DNA from: an uncultured virus (IMG/VR IMGVR_UViG_2061766007_000327)
Taxonomy: Duplodnaviria; Heunggongvirae; Uroviricota; Caudoviricetes
Virus record (IMG/VR): IMGVR_UViG_2061766007_000327
DNA length: 64,000 nt
Reading direction: 5' to 3' (one strand)
Of this stretch, positions 1-9,892 are shown in pieces. Made by a program: the position numbers and the translations under genes. The notes beneath the pieces were generated by a model. It ran no database searches. It saw only the letters and a list, made by a program, of their open reading frames with translations, and was not told where the DNA came from. How positions within the stretch are numbered: position 1 is the stretch's first letter; each line of letters opens with the position of its first letter.

Positions 1-5
1 GGCGA

Positions 6-407
6 ATGATCATAGAGACCCCCGAGCCGCAGAGGAGGAGAACGCACCATTCAAACGAGGGTAGGATCCAGGCAGAGTGTTTTGCTTGGTTTTGGAATGA
101 ATTTCCCCAATACAGGAAGCTATTGTTCCACGTTCCAAATGAAAACGACAGAGCCGACAGTAATCCCATCCAGGGTGCAATCAGAAAGAGTCTTGGGGTC
201 GTCCCGGGTGTTTCCGACCTTATTTTGCTTGTTCCTCGCGGTTCCCACGGCGCGCTTCTTATCGAAATGAAGGACGAAAAGGGGACTCAGAAGCCTGCGC
301 AAAAGGAATGGCAAACCATAGTGGAGGCCCAGGGATACAAGTACTGCTTGTGCCGTAGTTTGGCACAATTTAAAAATGTGATCTCTGACTATTTGAATCT
401 CAAATAA
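6..407 (+). CDS. VRR-NUC domain nuclease (PD-(D/E)xK)
   Basis: Motifs LFHVPNE, GVVPGVSDLIL, IEMK and Q..WQ typical of phage VRR-NUC proteins. Confidence 0.85.
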   Translation: MIIETPEPQRRRTHHSNEGRIQAECFAWFWNEFPQYRKLLFHVPNENDRADSNPIQGAIRKSLGVVPGVSDLILLVPRGSHGALLIEMKDEKGTQKPAQKEWQTIVEAQGYKYCLCRSLAQFKNVISDYLNLK

Positions 408-422
408 TTATCGCCATCTTTG
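392..422 (+). promoter_or_regulatory. Bacteroidetes-type promoter (near consensus)
   Basis: TTTG 392-395, 19-nt spacer, CATCTTTG 415-422 (consensus TAnnTTTG), upstream of ATG 448. Confidence 0.5.
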
Positions 423-447
423 CCTCATAAATTAGAATGACCGCATT

Positions 448-1458
448 ATGAGATATGTTCTTGATGAGCAAGGGCGTCGTTTCCCGAGCCTTTGGAAAGC
501 CACGAAAGCCAATGGCGCAACATGTGGCGGAGCGTTACTAAAGAGGTTGAACAAAAAGGGTATTGTCAGGTCTGGAGGGCACACCTTCTATCTATATGAA
601 GATGACCAGCCCATAACTCCTACGACGACAAATGTGGTCGTGCAGAAGGACCCTACCATGGAGCGTTTGAGAAAACGTTATTCCGATTCTGAGATAGAGG
701 CCATCGCTAGGGGAGAGGGGATCGAACGTAGGATTATCGTTTTTCCGGAAATTCGGCTTACTGGTAAGCACCATAAGTTTGTAGTGATAAGCGACACCCA
801 CGTCGGCAGCGTCTATTCCCCGTATGAGTGGCATAATGTCGTTTCTGATTATGTTAATAATAATGGTATCGAAGCCGTCCTGCATTGCGGAGACCTTGTG
901 GAGGGGATGAAAATCCAGAGGATAGGCACACAGATATACGAATTGTCGGATATAGGATACGAGGCACAGAAAGCGAGAGCTGCGGAATTGTTATCAAAAT
1001 ACAAAGTTCCTATATATATGATCAGCGGAAACCACGATTTTTACTATCAAGAATATGCCGGGGCTAATATAATAAAGGCGCTATCCGACAGTTTGGATAA
1101 TCTGACATATATCGGGCACGATTCCGCAGATATAGATGTTGATGGTGCCACAATACGCCTTTTCCACGGAGGAGATGGCTCGAATTCCTACGCGGTTTCG
1201 TACCGGCTCCAGAAGTTATGCGAGGCGATTACTGGCGGAGAAAAACCGAATATCCTTATTGCCGGGCACGTCCATAAGTTCTGCTATATATTCGAACGCA
1301 ACATTCACGCGATCTCGGCTCCTTGTATGCAGATGCAGACCAACTTTATGAGAGGGAAGAAGTTGGCAGCGCATACGGGCTTCCTTGAATTAGAGTTCGA
1401 TGTGAACGACAAGAATATCTGTAACCTCGGTGTTAAATTCTTCCCTTTTTACGCTTAG
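448..1458 (+). CDS. calcineurin-like metallophosphoesterase
   Basis: DTH, GDLVEG, GNHD, H and GHVH metal-binding motifs. Confidence 0.85.
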   Translation: MRYVLDEQGRRFPSLWKATKANGATCGGALLKRLNKKGIVRSGGHTFYLYEDDQPITPTTTNVVVQKDPTMERLRKRYSDSEIEAIARGEGIERRIIVFPEIRLTGKHHKFVVISDTHVGSVYSPYEWHNVVSDYVNNNGIEAVLHCGDLVEGMKIQRIGTQIYELSDIGYEAQKARAAELLSKYKVPIYMISGNHDFYYQEYAGANIIKALSDSLDNLTYIGHDSADIDVDGATIRLFHGGDGSNSYAVSYRLQKLCEAITGGEKPNILIAGHVHKFCYIFERNIHAISAPCMQMQTNFMRGKKLAAHTGFLELEFDVNDKNICNLGVKFFPFYA

Positions 1459-1461
1459 AAA

Positions 1462-2013
1462 ATGGCAACACCACTGATTCCATTACGACCACAGGGCTAT
1501 GTGTCTGACCTTAAGCCCGAGCAGCAGCTCGCGCTATCTTGGTTCGTATTGTCGAAATGCACGAGGAAGGAGGCTTTTATCCGCTTTGCCAGACCAGACC
1601 TAGCACTATCTAGCTCTGCACCTGCATTAGATAACCACGTCAAGGAGTTTTTTGCGTCCAAAAGTGCGAAGGAGTATATTGAAGCGTACACGAAAACAAT
1701 AGAAAATTTTCTACACCCCGCTCCTGCCGCGGAGTCAAAGGCGAAGGGCAGTATGGAAGAGCGGAAGGCGAGGGCAAAGACAAAACTGGTAGAGTTCGCT
1801 ATGAGCCTTGCCGATAATATCGAAAACGCTGGCGATCCCGAATTCGTCCTCAAAATAGCCGACAAGGCAGGGCTTCTCGATATGGAGGATAAGGTCGAGG
1901 AGCAGCCGAGGCGATATCTCCCCGAGACATGCGATGGCTGTGCATATCGAAAATTTGTCGAGGAGAACTGCGAAATAGTTGAGGACGGCACAGAAATTGA
2001 AGGGAAAGAGTAA
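1462..2013 (+). CDS. hypothetical protein, possible terminase small subunit
   Basis: Helical 183-aa ORF near terL with a C-terminal CxxC; assignment is positional only. Confidence 0.45.
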   Translation: MATPLIPLRPQGYVSDLKPEQQLALSWFVLSKCTRKEAFIRFARPDLALSSSAPALDNHVKEFFASKSAKEYIEAYTKTIENFLHPAPAAESKAKGSMEERKARAKTKLVEFAMSLADNIENAGDPEFVLKIADKAGLLDMEDKVEEQPRRYLPETCDGCAYRKFVEENCEIVEDGTEIEGKE

Positions 2014-2027
2014 TATTTGTGTAGTAT

Positions 2028-2336
2028 ATGGAAATTATTGGAAAAATCATTGCAGTCCCTCCTGTTGAGAGGGGTATGTCACAGAGGGGACCCTGGGCAA
2101 GGGCGACTGTGGTTGTAGAATATGAGTCCGGGCAGTTCCCGAAAAGTATCGCTTTGCAGAACTCGAAAGATGCTGAAAACTTCGCGAAACTTTCGATAGG
2201 CCAGACTGGAAAATTTTATTTCGACACAAAGACCCGCGAGTATAACGGGAAATACTATACGGACATTAATTGTTGGAAATGGGAGGTGCAGGGGGCACAG
2301 AATACCGCCCCGTCAGTGCCTGGAGCACCTTTCTAA
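2028..2336 (+). CDS. DUF3127 family OB-fold protein (SSB-like)
   Basis: MEIIGKII...W, REYNGKYYTDINCWK and a C-terminal PF tail; family typical of Bacteroidetes. Confidence 0.8.
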   Translation: MEIIGKIIAVPPVERGMSQRGPWARATVVVEYESGQFPKSIALQNSKDAENFAKLSIGQTGKFYFDTKTREYNGKYYTDINCWKWEVQGAQNTAPSVPGAPF

Positions 2337-2378
2337 CAGAAACATACCTCGTACTTAGTTCTGAGTTTGCCATGACCC

Positions 2379-2405
2379 GCCCCGGACGAAAGTTCGGGGC
2401 TTACT
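2379..2405 (+). terminator. GAAA-tetraloop hairpin, probable terminator
   Basis: GCCCCGGAC-GAAA-GTTCGGGGC after the DUF3127 gene; weak U tract. Confidence 0.5.
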
Positions 2406-2406
2406 A

Positions 2407-2437
2407 TTTGCAAACATTGTAATTCTTCCTACATTTG
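2407..2437 (+). promoter_or_regulatory. Bacteroidetes consensus promoter for terL
   Basis: TTTG 2407-2410, 19-nt spacer, TACATTTG 2430-2437; ATG at 2444. Confidence 0.75.
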
Positions 2438-2443
2438 CATTGT

Positions 2444-4189
2444 ATGTTCCGACTCAAGAATAAAGATGCTGTTTTCCCACCTCTTTACGACCACGTAGAG
2501 AGGCAGTTAGCATCTGTTTCCGATAAGGGTTGGGACAAGGTTGGCGATTTTACACTGAGGGAGGGTATCGATTTGATCCCCCAGGTCGGGTTGCAGGAAG
2601 ACGTCTGCAGATGCACGTCCAATTTGATCTTCGCGTGCGGAATGGCGACTTCCGGGAAGAGTTTTAGTATCTTTCTTAAGGCTTTGCAGGGAATCGGTAA
2701 GCCGGGATACACCGGTCGTCTTATTAATGTCCGTAAATTGGACTCTGCAAAGGGTACATCAATGTTTAGGGACGCAACTGCCGTATGGGGAGATTTCTCC
2801 GGATGTCAAGTGACATATGGCGAGCTCCCTACCTTCGCATGGCCACAGTGGAACAACGCAATCCAGATGATCCACGCCAACTTCAATGCGGACAATCCCG
2901 GAGAATGGGCGGAATTCATTGAGTATATAAAGAAACAGCAGGCGTCCTTTATCGCAATAGACGAGGCGACCGCTATCCGCCAGTTTAAGATGTTTACATA
3001 CATCTTCTCGAGAAATAGGGATTCCTCCGGTGTCACTCCTCAGATGCTCCTTACCTTCAACCCGGAATACGAGCATTGGACAACGAGGATGCTGTTGTGC
3101 GCCGGCTATCTGGATGAAAATACTTGGACGATTAAGCCCGAAATGGATGGCGTGGAACGCTATTTCTACATCCAGGGCAACGAGCCGGAAGAAATGGTAT
3201 GGGGAGATTCAAGAGAAGAAGTGGTGCACGCGGCCCATATCAAACTAAACAAGGACGATATCGCAGCGGGACTTAAGGCGGAAGATATGGTTAAGTCCTT
3301 CTCTTGCTTCACTGGGACTGCCGCAGGTAACAGGAAACTGGTATCCGCCACGAAAGGCCAGTCTGTCGCTAACCTGCATAATGTCGGAGGAAAGCAAAGA
3401 GCCGTCCTTGCCGAGGCTTACTTCGGTCCGATCGAGAATGAAGAAATAAGCGTAACCAAGCAGATGGTGCGCTCACTGCCTTCCAATCCGATCAATGACG
3501 ATGAGAATCTGTACGCGACAATGGATATCTCGGGTGGTAATACAGACAGCGATAACTGCCCGATGATTATCTGGAAGGGCCTCCGTATAATCGGGATAGA
3601 GATGTTCCGTGGGGATCCAAAGCAACTCGTTGAATGGATCGATGCTATGTTGGTCAAATATGGCGTGCCCGTCCAAAATTTTGCCTTTGATGCGACTGGC
3701 ATTGGTAACTACTTAAAAGCATATACGAGCGGTTGGCCGATAACGGCAAACAAGACTGCGATGCAAGAATATGACGAGCAGGGCAACCAGGTGGTCTTTG
3801 AACAATACTTCAACCTTCGCTCACAACTTCTCGGCAAGATGAAGGTGCTTTTTGAGACTGGTAAGATCTCCTCGGCTCTTCCGCTTGAAACGCGGATTCC
3901 ATACGGGAAGAAGGGCGAGACGCGCCGACTTGAGGATATCCTATATGACGAGATCGACCTTTTTGCAGTCACCACCCGTAATAAACGTATATATTATAGG
4001 AGTAAGGATGAATACAAGTCCAAACACCATCATTCTCCGGACTTGATGGATGCCATTACACTCCGCTCTGTCTGGGAGTTGGATGCAAGACCGAAAAAGC
4101 AGCCGATGCCCGAGATAGAGGACGATGCATATGATGATATTTTTGTTGACTACGCTGGCGGACGCGCTGGAAGTGTAGTCTGGGTTTAA
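2444..4189 (+). CDS. terL: terminase large subunit
   Basis: Walker A-like GMATSGKS, Walker B IAIDEA, LTFNP motif, nuclease-domain aspartates (MDISGG, FDATGIG, SPDLMDA); lies before the portal gene. Confidence 0.85.
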   Translation: MFRLKNKDAVFPPLYDHVERQLASVSDKGWDKVGDFTLREGIDLIPQVGLQEDVCRCTSNLIFACGMATSGKSFSIFLKALQGIGKPGYTGRLINVRKLDSAKGTSMFRDATAVWGDFSGCQVTYGELPTFAWPQWNNAIQMIHANFNADNPGEWAEFIEYIKKQQASFIAIDEATAIRQFKMFTYIFSRNRDSSGVTPQMLLTFNPEYEHWTTRMLLCAGYLDENTWTIKPEMDGVERYFYIQGNEPEEMVWGDSREEVVHAAHIKLNKDDIAAGLKAEDMVKSFSCFTGTAAGNRKLVSATKGQSVANLHNVGGKQRAVLAEAYFGPIENEEISVTKQMVRSLPSNPINDDENLYATMDISGGNTDSDNCPMIIWKGLRIIGIEMFRGDPKQLVEWIDAMLVKYGVPVQNFAFDATGIGNYLKAYTSGWPITANKTAMQEYDEQGNQVVFEQYFNLRSQLLGKMKVLFETGKISSALPLETRIPYGKKGETRRLEDILYDEIDLFAVTTRNKRIYYRSKDEYKSKHHHSPDLMDAITLRSVWELDARPKKQPMPEIEDDAYDDIFVDYAGGRAGSVVWV

Positions 4190-4209
4190 CATAGAATCGC
4201 GATTTACCT

Positions 4210-5766
4210 ATGAATGTTAGTGATTACATCAATCCCGCTAAAAAGAAGCCTTGGTTGAGGAGGGTAGCCGACGAATCTCCTGCCAGTGCGGGGATTGGCT
4301 TCAGAATGCAGATAATGACGCAGGATGATTTCTTGAACGAGGTCTATTCTGCCGCCCACAAGATCAACTCCCCGATGATGTCGCGGAGACCGATTTACGG
4401 TCCCTCTGGTGTCAAGGACGCAAAGGGGAAGGAGAAGTGGACGATCGTCGGATACGACGATGTCGAAACTGTTCCAATCAGCAAGCAGGAATCCATTATC
4501 AGCAAGAAGATATCACATTTTGCGGCTAATGGTTTCTGGACGGCTTCGGAATCCCCGGACGAAGATAGGTTCAACACCCTTATGTCCTGGGCGGATACCG
4601 TTGGACTGAAAACCGCCTTCCTAGAGGTAACCAAATCTGCGATGAGGACCGGAGATGGCGCGATTTACCTCTACCAGACAGAGGATGAAGCAGACCCTAT
4701 CCAGTATGAGGTCTATGGATACGAAGAGGGCTCGACATTGTTCCCTCACACAACATTCGATGGTAAGAAATCCCTCGCAAGAAAGTATAAATATGAGGGG
4801 CACGATGCGGTCGATATCTTTACGACCCAAAGCATAGAAACCTGGATGATGCTTGACGACAACGGCGACGAAGACATCATCGGTCTTACCGGGCGGGTGA
4901 AAAGCGAAGATGGCTATACCCTTGTAAGGGCTAAAGCAGCGCAGGCGGGTAGCGACCTCTGTCAGTGCATCTATTTCCGTTTCGACGATATCCCCACCGG
5001 ACCAGCCCAGGCACAGATTGAAAAACTGGAAGATGCCAAGACCTATGTCGGGGAACATCTGAAGGGCACGGCTATGCCTATTCTGTTTATGAAGGCAGAG
5101 AAAACAACCAGCCTTCCTCCTTCTAGCCTAGCGAATAAGGCTATCGGCGTCAAGGGTACTGCGGACAGCATTGCTCACGCCGACGCAAAGTGGCTTGCTC
5201 CGCCGGATGCTAGTAATATCGCCGATATGCATATTGACGGGCTTGAAGATGATATCCGCGAAGCCTGCCTCTCCGTAAAGATTGATCCGGAGATTATCAA
5301 GCAGGGGAGCGATTCTTCCGCCACCATGAAAATCCTGTATGCTCCCGAAGTGCAGTGGGCACAGATCCACTGGCCGGAAGTATTCAAATCAGTCAAGCAG
5401 CTTATGCTCGTGTTCAAAACCCTTGTCGGCAAGGTCGAGGGGGATACCGTCGGTTACAATAAGATGAGGATATCTGTTGGACAGAATATTTTTATTCCTC
5501 AAAACGAGTCCGAAGCGCTTAAGATGGAACTGGATCAGGTCTATGCCCGAGTCAAGTCTAGAAGGTCTGCTATGCAGGATATCGAAAATGCACATAAGGG
5601 CGATTATGAGCAGATCCAGAAAGAGTGGGAGGAAGAGTTGCGTATTAAAGCGGAAATTCCGGCAGAAGCGAAGGCTAAGTACGGGGTTGATGCTACTGAC
5701 ACCACCCCAAAAAGCAACCCGGCCAACGTAGATAATAACGCTCCCGGGAAAAGTATACAGGACTAA
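4210..5766 (+). CDS. portal protein
   Basis: 518 aa immediately after terL; SPP1-like features (GDGAIYLY, SSATMKILY). Confidence 0.75.
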   Translation: MNVSDYINPAKKKPWLRRVADESPASAGIGFRMQIMTQDDFLNEVYSAAHKINSPMMSRRPIYGPSGVKDAKGKEKWTIVGYDDVETVPISKQESIISKKISHFAANGFWTASESPDEDRFNTLMSWADTVGLKTAFLEVTKSAMRTGDGAIYLYQTEDEADPIQYEVYGYEEGSTLFPHTTFDGKKSLARKYKYEGHDAVDIFTTQSIETWMMLDDNGDEDIIGLTGRVKSEDGYTLVRAKAAQAGSDLCQCIYFRFDDIPTGPAQAQIEKLEDAKTYVGEHLKGTAMPILFMKAEKTTSLPPSSLANKAIGVKGTADSIAHADAKWLAPPDASNIADMHIDGLEDDIREACLSVKIDPEIIKQGSDSSATMKILYAPEVQWAQIHWPEVFKSVKQLMLVFKTLVGKVEGDTVGYNKMRISVGQNIFIPQNESEALKMELDQVYARVKSRRSAMQDIENAHKGDYEQIQKEWEEELRIKAEIPAEAKAKYGVDATDTTPKSNPANVDNNAPGKSIQD

Positions 5767-5803
5767 TTTAATGTAGCCACTTTTTTTGTAAGTACTTTTT
5801 TCA

Positions 5804-5811
5804 TATTTTTG
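5804..5811 (+). promoter_or_regulatory. -7 promoter element of the head operon
   Basis: TATTTTTG upstream of the scaffold ATG; repeated at 6351-6358 in the duplicate copy. Confidence 0.5.
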
Positions 5812-5846
5812 TCGCTAGAATCCAATTCTAACTTTAATATATATAT

Positions 5847-6227
5847 ATGAAGAAAAAAATCCAAGACGCGTTGGAACTGGCTTATAAGGATANNNNNNNN
5901 NNCGTCAACTCAACCAAGGCCGCTCTTACAGGAGCCCGTGAATCTTTCTTCGGCGGCGATTACGCCAAGAAGTACAAGGACGAAGCGGACTATGCTTGGG
6001 AAAGGGCTGTTGAGGTAAATGAGTTGACCGGGAATAAGATGACCGCCGAAGAGCTGGCAGAAAAAGCCACCGGCTACTTCAATAAGGCTGTCTCGAAGAA
6101 GGGCGTGGATACCTCGAAGCCGTTTAAGGCAGATCCGCCGGAGAACGACGAGGAGGGCACGACCGATTGGAGTGCTGAAAAGAAGCGCCTGCAGGACGCT
6201 GGTCGTCTTCCCAAAGACCAACAATAA
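5847..6227 (+). CDS. capsid scaffolding protein, partial copy (gapped)
   Basis: Same N- and C-terminal sequence as 6391-7134, with SNPs; collapsed by an N gap. Confidence 0.5.
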   Translation: MKKKIQDALELAYKDXXXXVNSTKAALTGARESFFGGDYAKKYKDEADYAWERAVEVNELTGNKMTAEELAEKATGYFNKAVSKKGVDTSKPFKADPPENDEEGTTDWSAEKKRLQDAGRLPKDQQ

Positions 6228-6390
6228 GTTTAACCCAAAATCTATTCAGAAATGAGTAATTACGGAAACGCATTTTTCTCTCCTGAATCGANNNNNNNNN
6301 NATACAGGACTAATTGATGGTTGCTACTTTTTTTGTATCAAGTTTTTTCATATTTTTGTCGCTAGAATCCAATTCTAACTATAATCATAT

Positions 6391-7134
6391 ATGAAGAAAA
6401 AAATCCAAGACGCGTTGGAACTGGCTTATAAAGATAAGCTAGGGCTGACCGACAAAAAAGCCTACGCGAGGGTTGCCGCATTGGGTGAAACTTACGTAGC
6501 AAACGAAGAGGACATCCCTGCATTCGTCGAGAAGGCAGAAGATCTCCTCAAAGGACTTCAGGGCACCGCTGACCAGGGTCGCACTCTTGAAACGGCCAAT
6601 GCAAAGATTGCGGAACTNNNNNNNNNNGGAGAAAGCGGAAGATCTCCTCAAAGGACTTCAGGGTACTGCTGACCAGGGTCGCACTCTTGAAACGGCCAAT
6701 GCAAAGATTGCGGAACTGGAAGGGAAACTCAAGAAGTTCGAAAATCAGGGAGAAGACGAGGACGACAAAGGAGGTTCGGATGACAAGGGCGATATCGCAA
6801 AGACTATCGCCGACGCCATAGCCGCAGCCGTAAAGCCTTTGACGGAGAAAATCGAATCTCTGGAAAATGTCAACTCAACCAAGGCTGCACTTACCGGCGC
6901 CCGCGAGTCTTTCTTTGGAGGCGACTACGCCAAGAAGTATAAGGATGAAGCGGACTATGCTTGGGAAAGGGCTGTTGAGGTGAATGAGTTGACCGGGAAC
7001 AAGATGACCGCCGAACAACTGGCCGAAAAAGCCACCGGTTACTTCAACAAGGCTGTCTCAAAGAAGGGCGTGGATACCTCGAAACCGTTTAAGGCAGATC
7101 CGCCGGAGAACGACGAGGAGGGCACGACCGATTG
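6391..7134 (+). CDS. capsid scaffolding protein (gapped, internally duplicated by the assembly)
   Basis: Acidic coiled-coil protein between the portal and capsid genes. Confidence 0.6.
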
Positions 7135-7323
7135 NNNNNNNNNNNNNNNNNNNNNNNNNNNNNNNNNNNNNNNNNNNNNNNNNNNNNNNNNNNNNNNNNN
7201 NNNNNNNNNNNNNNNNNNNNNNNNNNNNNNNNNNNNNNNNNNNNNNNNNNNNNNNNNNNNNNNNNNNNNNNNNNNNNNNNNNNNNNNNNNNNNNNNNNNN
7301 NNNNNNNNNNNNNNNNNNNNNNN

Positions 7324-7911
7324 AGCGTAATGCCTGTATGGCTCGAGGTTAAGGAGCGCAAGATCGCGGGTGGTACCTTCAGCCTTAGCGGCGTAGCGAA
7401 GGGCACCATCTTCGCTGCCGGAATGCCCGTGCGTCTTGACAAAATGGGTGGTACGGTAACCATCCTCCCGACCTTCACCGTGGTCGGCGCCGTTTCATCC
7501 TCTGCTACCACTCTGGTGCTTCGCCCTCAGTCTGGCGTTGCCCCTGCAGAAGGAATGATCGTCGGCAAAATGACCTCCGCTGGTGTTGCCGCCAAGGCTG
7601 TTGCTCTCGGCGCACCTACCGCGCTGACTGGCACCGACGCTGGCAAGTATCAGTTCACAATCACCGCCAATGACCTTGGCACCCTCGCAGATGGCGACAC
7701 CCTCGTCATCGTCAGCGCTGCCGGTGCGAATAAGGCTGCTACCCTGCCTAACGGTCTGTCTTGGCGCCAGGTCGTCGTCGATTCCGACAACGCTACCTAC
7801 GGCACCATCGCAGTTGTCACCAAGGGACAGGTTCTCGGCGACCGTATCCCGGCTATGCCAGAGGAGTATAAGGCTGCAATGCCTGGCATCACTTTCGAGT
7901 ATGAACTTTAA
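7324..7911 (+). CDS. head decoration/cement protein (5' end in gap; probable start seen at 6252, MSNYGNAF)
   Basis: A/G/T-rich beta protein directly before the major capsid gene. Confidence 0.6.
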   Translation, partial: SVMPVWLEVKERKIAGGTFSLSGVAKGTIFAAGMPVRLDKMGGTVTILPTFTVVGAVSSSATTLVLRPQSGVAPAEGMIVGKMTSAGVAAKAVALGAPTALTGTDAGKYQFTITANDLGTLADGDTLVIVSAAGANKAATLPNGLSWRQVVVDSDNATYGTIAVVTKGQVLGDRIPAMPEEYKAAMPGITFEYEL

Positions 7912-7928
7912 TATAGGAGGAAAGAATT

Positions 7929-9146
7929 ATGGCAAATAAATACAGCGAAGGTTTTTACACCCTCATGGAAGAAGCTGGAATCCTTTCCGCCAAGAGTTTC
8001 AGCACTTATATCAGGGACGTCATCGGATTCGGCAATCTGCAGGATCTGAATCTTGACGGTTTCTCCTGGGACCCCGTTTCATCCCTTACCTTTGACTACG
8101 AGCAGCTGATCGTCAGCAACCGCCTCAAGGTAATGGCAACCTATACTGACAAGGATTCCGAGGCTATTCCTTTCGGAACTGAGGGCTTCGAGGCCGCACG
8201 TGGCGTCGTTCCCCGTCAGAAGGCTCGCTTCATCTGGGATGAGGATGACTATCGTAAGTATCTTGACGCCGTCCGCAAGCTGGACTTCCAGAACACCACT
8301 GCAAAGCAGTATGCTCTTGACCTCCTCTTCAACGGTCTCAGCGACATCAAGAACGCTCACGAGCTGTCAATGACCTATCAGCGTGACCAGATGGTTTCCA
8401 ACCGCGCCCTTACACTGTCGACTGACAATAACCCTCGCGGAATCACTGGACTGACCTTCTCAGCACAGGTCCCCGCCGGCAATGTTACCACCCTTTCTGG
8501 CGACTATCGCTGGTACACCAGCGCTACCGAGAAGGACAGCACTCACGAAGGCTCAAGCGCCGACCCTGTGAAGGATATCCGCACTATTGTCCGCAATATG
8601 CGTCGCAAGGGATACACCGACATCATCCTCGAGGTTGATGAGCAGTCTTGGTATGACGATATGGATCACAGCGCATGGCGTACCGCCATCGGCTATCAGC
8701 TCCGTCCCGACCTTGTGCTTGCCGCCAGCAATGACGCTAACGCACTTGCAGTTGGTAGGGCTGCCGGCGACGACGCTGTCCGTCAGGCCTTCTCCCGTAT
8801 CATCGGCATTCCTCTCGCGAACATCAAGTTCCGCCAGGGTCTCGCCGCTGTCGAGAAGCTCCAGGGCAAGGGTCCGGATGCCAAGCTGGTTCGCACCTCG
8901 ATGCGTACCTTCAACGCGAACACCTATGTGTTCTATCCGGCTGGACCTCTTGGAACCATCAAGTCCGTCCTTCCTCTCGTTCCCGACTCAAAGGCTATGT
9001 ATGCTACCTTCTTCGGCGGCAAGGGCCTCATCCAGTACGAGTACGATGCGAAGTCCAAGACCCAGGATTGGTGGTCTGAGCTGACTGCTCTTTGCGTGCC
9101 TAACCGCCCGCAGGAGATGTTCTACCTTATCACCTATTCCGCCTAA
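7929..9146 (+). CDS. major capsid protein
   Basis: 405 aa, strongly biased codon usage, position after scaffold and decoration genes. Confidence 0.8.
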   Translation: MANKYSEGFYTLMEEAGILSAKSFSTYIRDVIGFGNLQDLNLDGFSWDPVSSLTFDYEQLIVSNRLKVMATYTDKDSEAIPFGTEGFEAARGVVPRQKARFIWDEDDYRKYLDAVRKLDFQNTTAKQYALDLLFNGLSDIKNAHELSMTYQRDQMVSNRALTLSTDNNPRGITGLTFSAQVPAGNVTTLSGDYRWYTSATEKDSTHEGSSADPVKDIRTIVRNMRRKGYTDIILEVDEQSWYDDMDHSAWRTAIGYQLRPDLVLAASNDANALAVGRAAGDDAVRQAFSRIIGIPLANIKFRQGLAAVEKLQGKGPDAKLVRTSMRTFNANTYVFYPAGPLGTIKSVLPLVPDSKAMYATFFGGKGLIQYEYDAKSKTQDWWSELTALCVPNRPQEMFYLITYSA

Positions 9147-9157
9147 TCTGAAGAAGT

Positions 9158-9553
9158 ATGACTGTCGAAGAATATCTGCGTAGTTTAGTTCCCGGGCTGG
9201 ATTTGCAGGACAATGTCATTGCCCGTGCAGCCCGTAGCCCCATCGAGGTTGATTTGGAGCGCCTCGAGATTGACGATGACATCGATGATTACGATGGCGA
9301 CTCGGATTTCCAGATGAGGCTGGACTACGCCTCTTCGACAATCTACTATTCGGTGCTGGGAGTTTTTGCGGGTGGCGGTTATTCCGAGCAGGTCGGAGAT
9401 GTCCGAGCCTCTCGCGGAGGATACACGATCACTATGGCCGACCGTGCAAGGTTCAAGGCTATGGGAGACGCCCTTCGTGCCAAGTGGGGCTGGGAAATCG
9501 AAGACGACGAGTCCTCGAGTGAAATGTACGATGCTACTTATTTGAGACGATAG
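9158..9553 (+). CDS. head-tail adaptor protein
   Basis: Size and position after the capsid gene. Confidence 0.55.
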   Translation: MTVEEYLRSLVPGLDLQDNVIARAARSPIEVDLERLEIDDDIDDYDGDSDFQMRLDYASSTIYYSVLGVFAGGGYSEQVGDVRASRGGYTITMADRARFKAMGDALRAKWGWEIEDDESSSEMYDATYLRR

Positions 9554-9555
9554 TT

Positions 9556-9891
9556 ATGCAGTTCATAGGATTCCGTGATACCTGTACTATCAGCCGGGAG
9601 ACCGGCGAGAAGGACGAGTGGGACAATCCGATAAGGACCACGATATACAGCGGCCCCTGCCTCTATGAGGAAGGCGGTACTGGATACTCAAGGTCGATTA
9701 TCACGAGAGCCCCGACCGTCTACCTTCCGGAAAACGATGTTCTGATCTATATCAACGATGCCGTGACTGTGGTTACAGAGATGGGACGCGAGATTAAGGC
9801 AATCGCTAGGATAGTTAGGGATGTCAATATGCCCTGGAGGGTAAATGTCAGAATCACGAGAATCGAACTGAAACAAGCGCAAGGAGAATAG
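9556..9891 (+). CDS. head closure/stopper protein
   Basis: DTCTISR...DEWDNP...IYSGPC pattern of head-tail joining proteins. Confidence 0.55.
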   Translation: MQFIGFRDTCTISRETGEKDEWDNPIRTTIYSGPCLYEEGGTGYSRSIITRAPTVYLPENDVLIYINDAVTVVTEMGREIKAIARIVRDVNMPWRVNVRITRIELKQAQGE

Positions 9892-9892
9892 T

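Noticed and set aside
2337..2378. CAT-containing segment before the GAAA hairpin as another antisense-like RNA
   Set aside because: Only a weak 5-bp stem and none of the shared tags; indistinguishable from an ordinary 3' UTR.
5761..7134. Apparent tandem duplication of the scaffold gene and its upstream region
   Set aside because: The copies are partial, near-identical apart from SNPs and joined at N gaps; most likely strain haplotypes concatenated by scaffolding.
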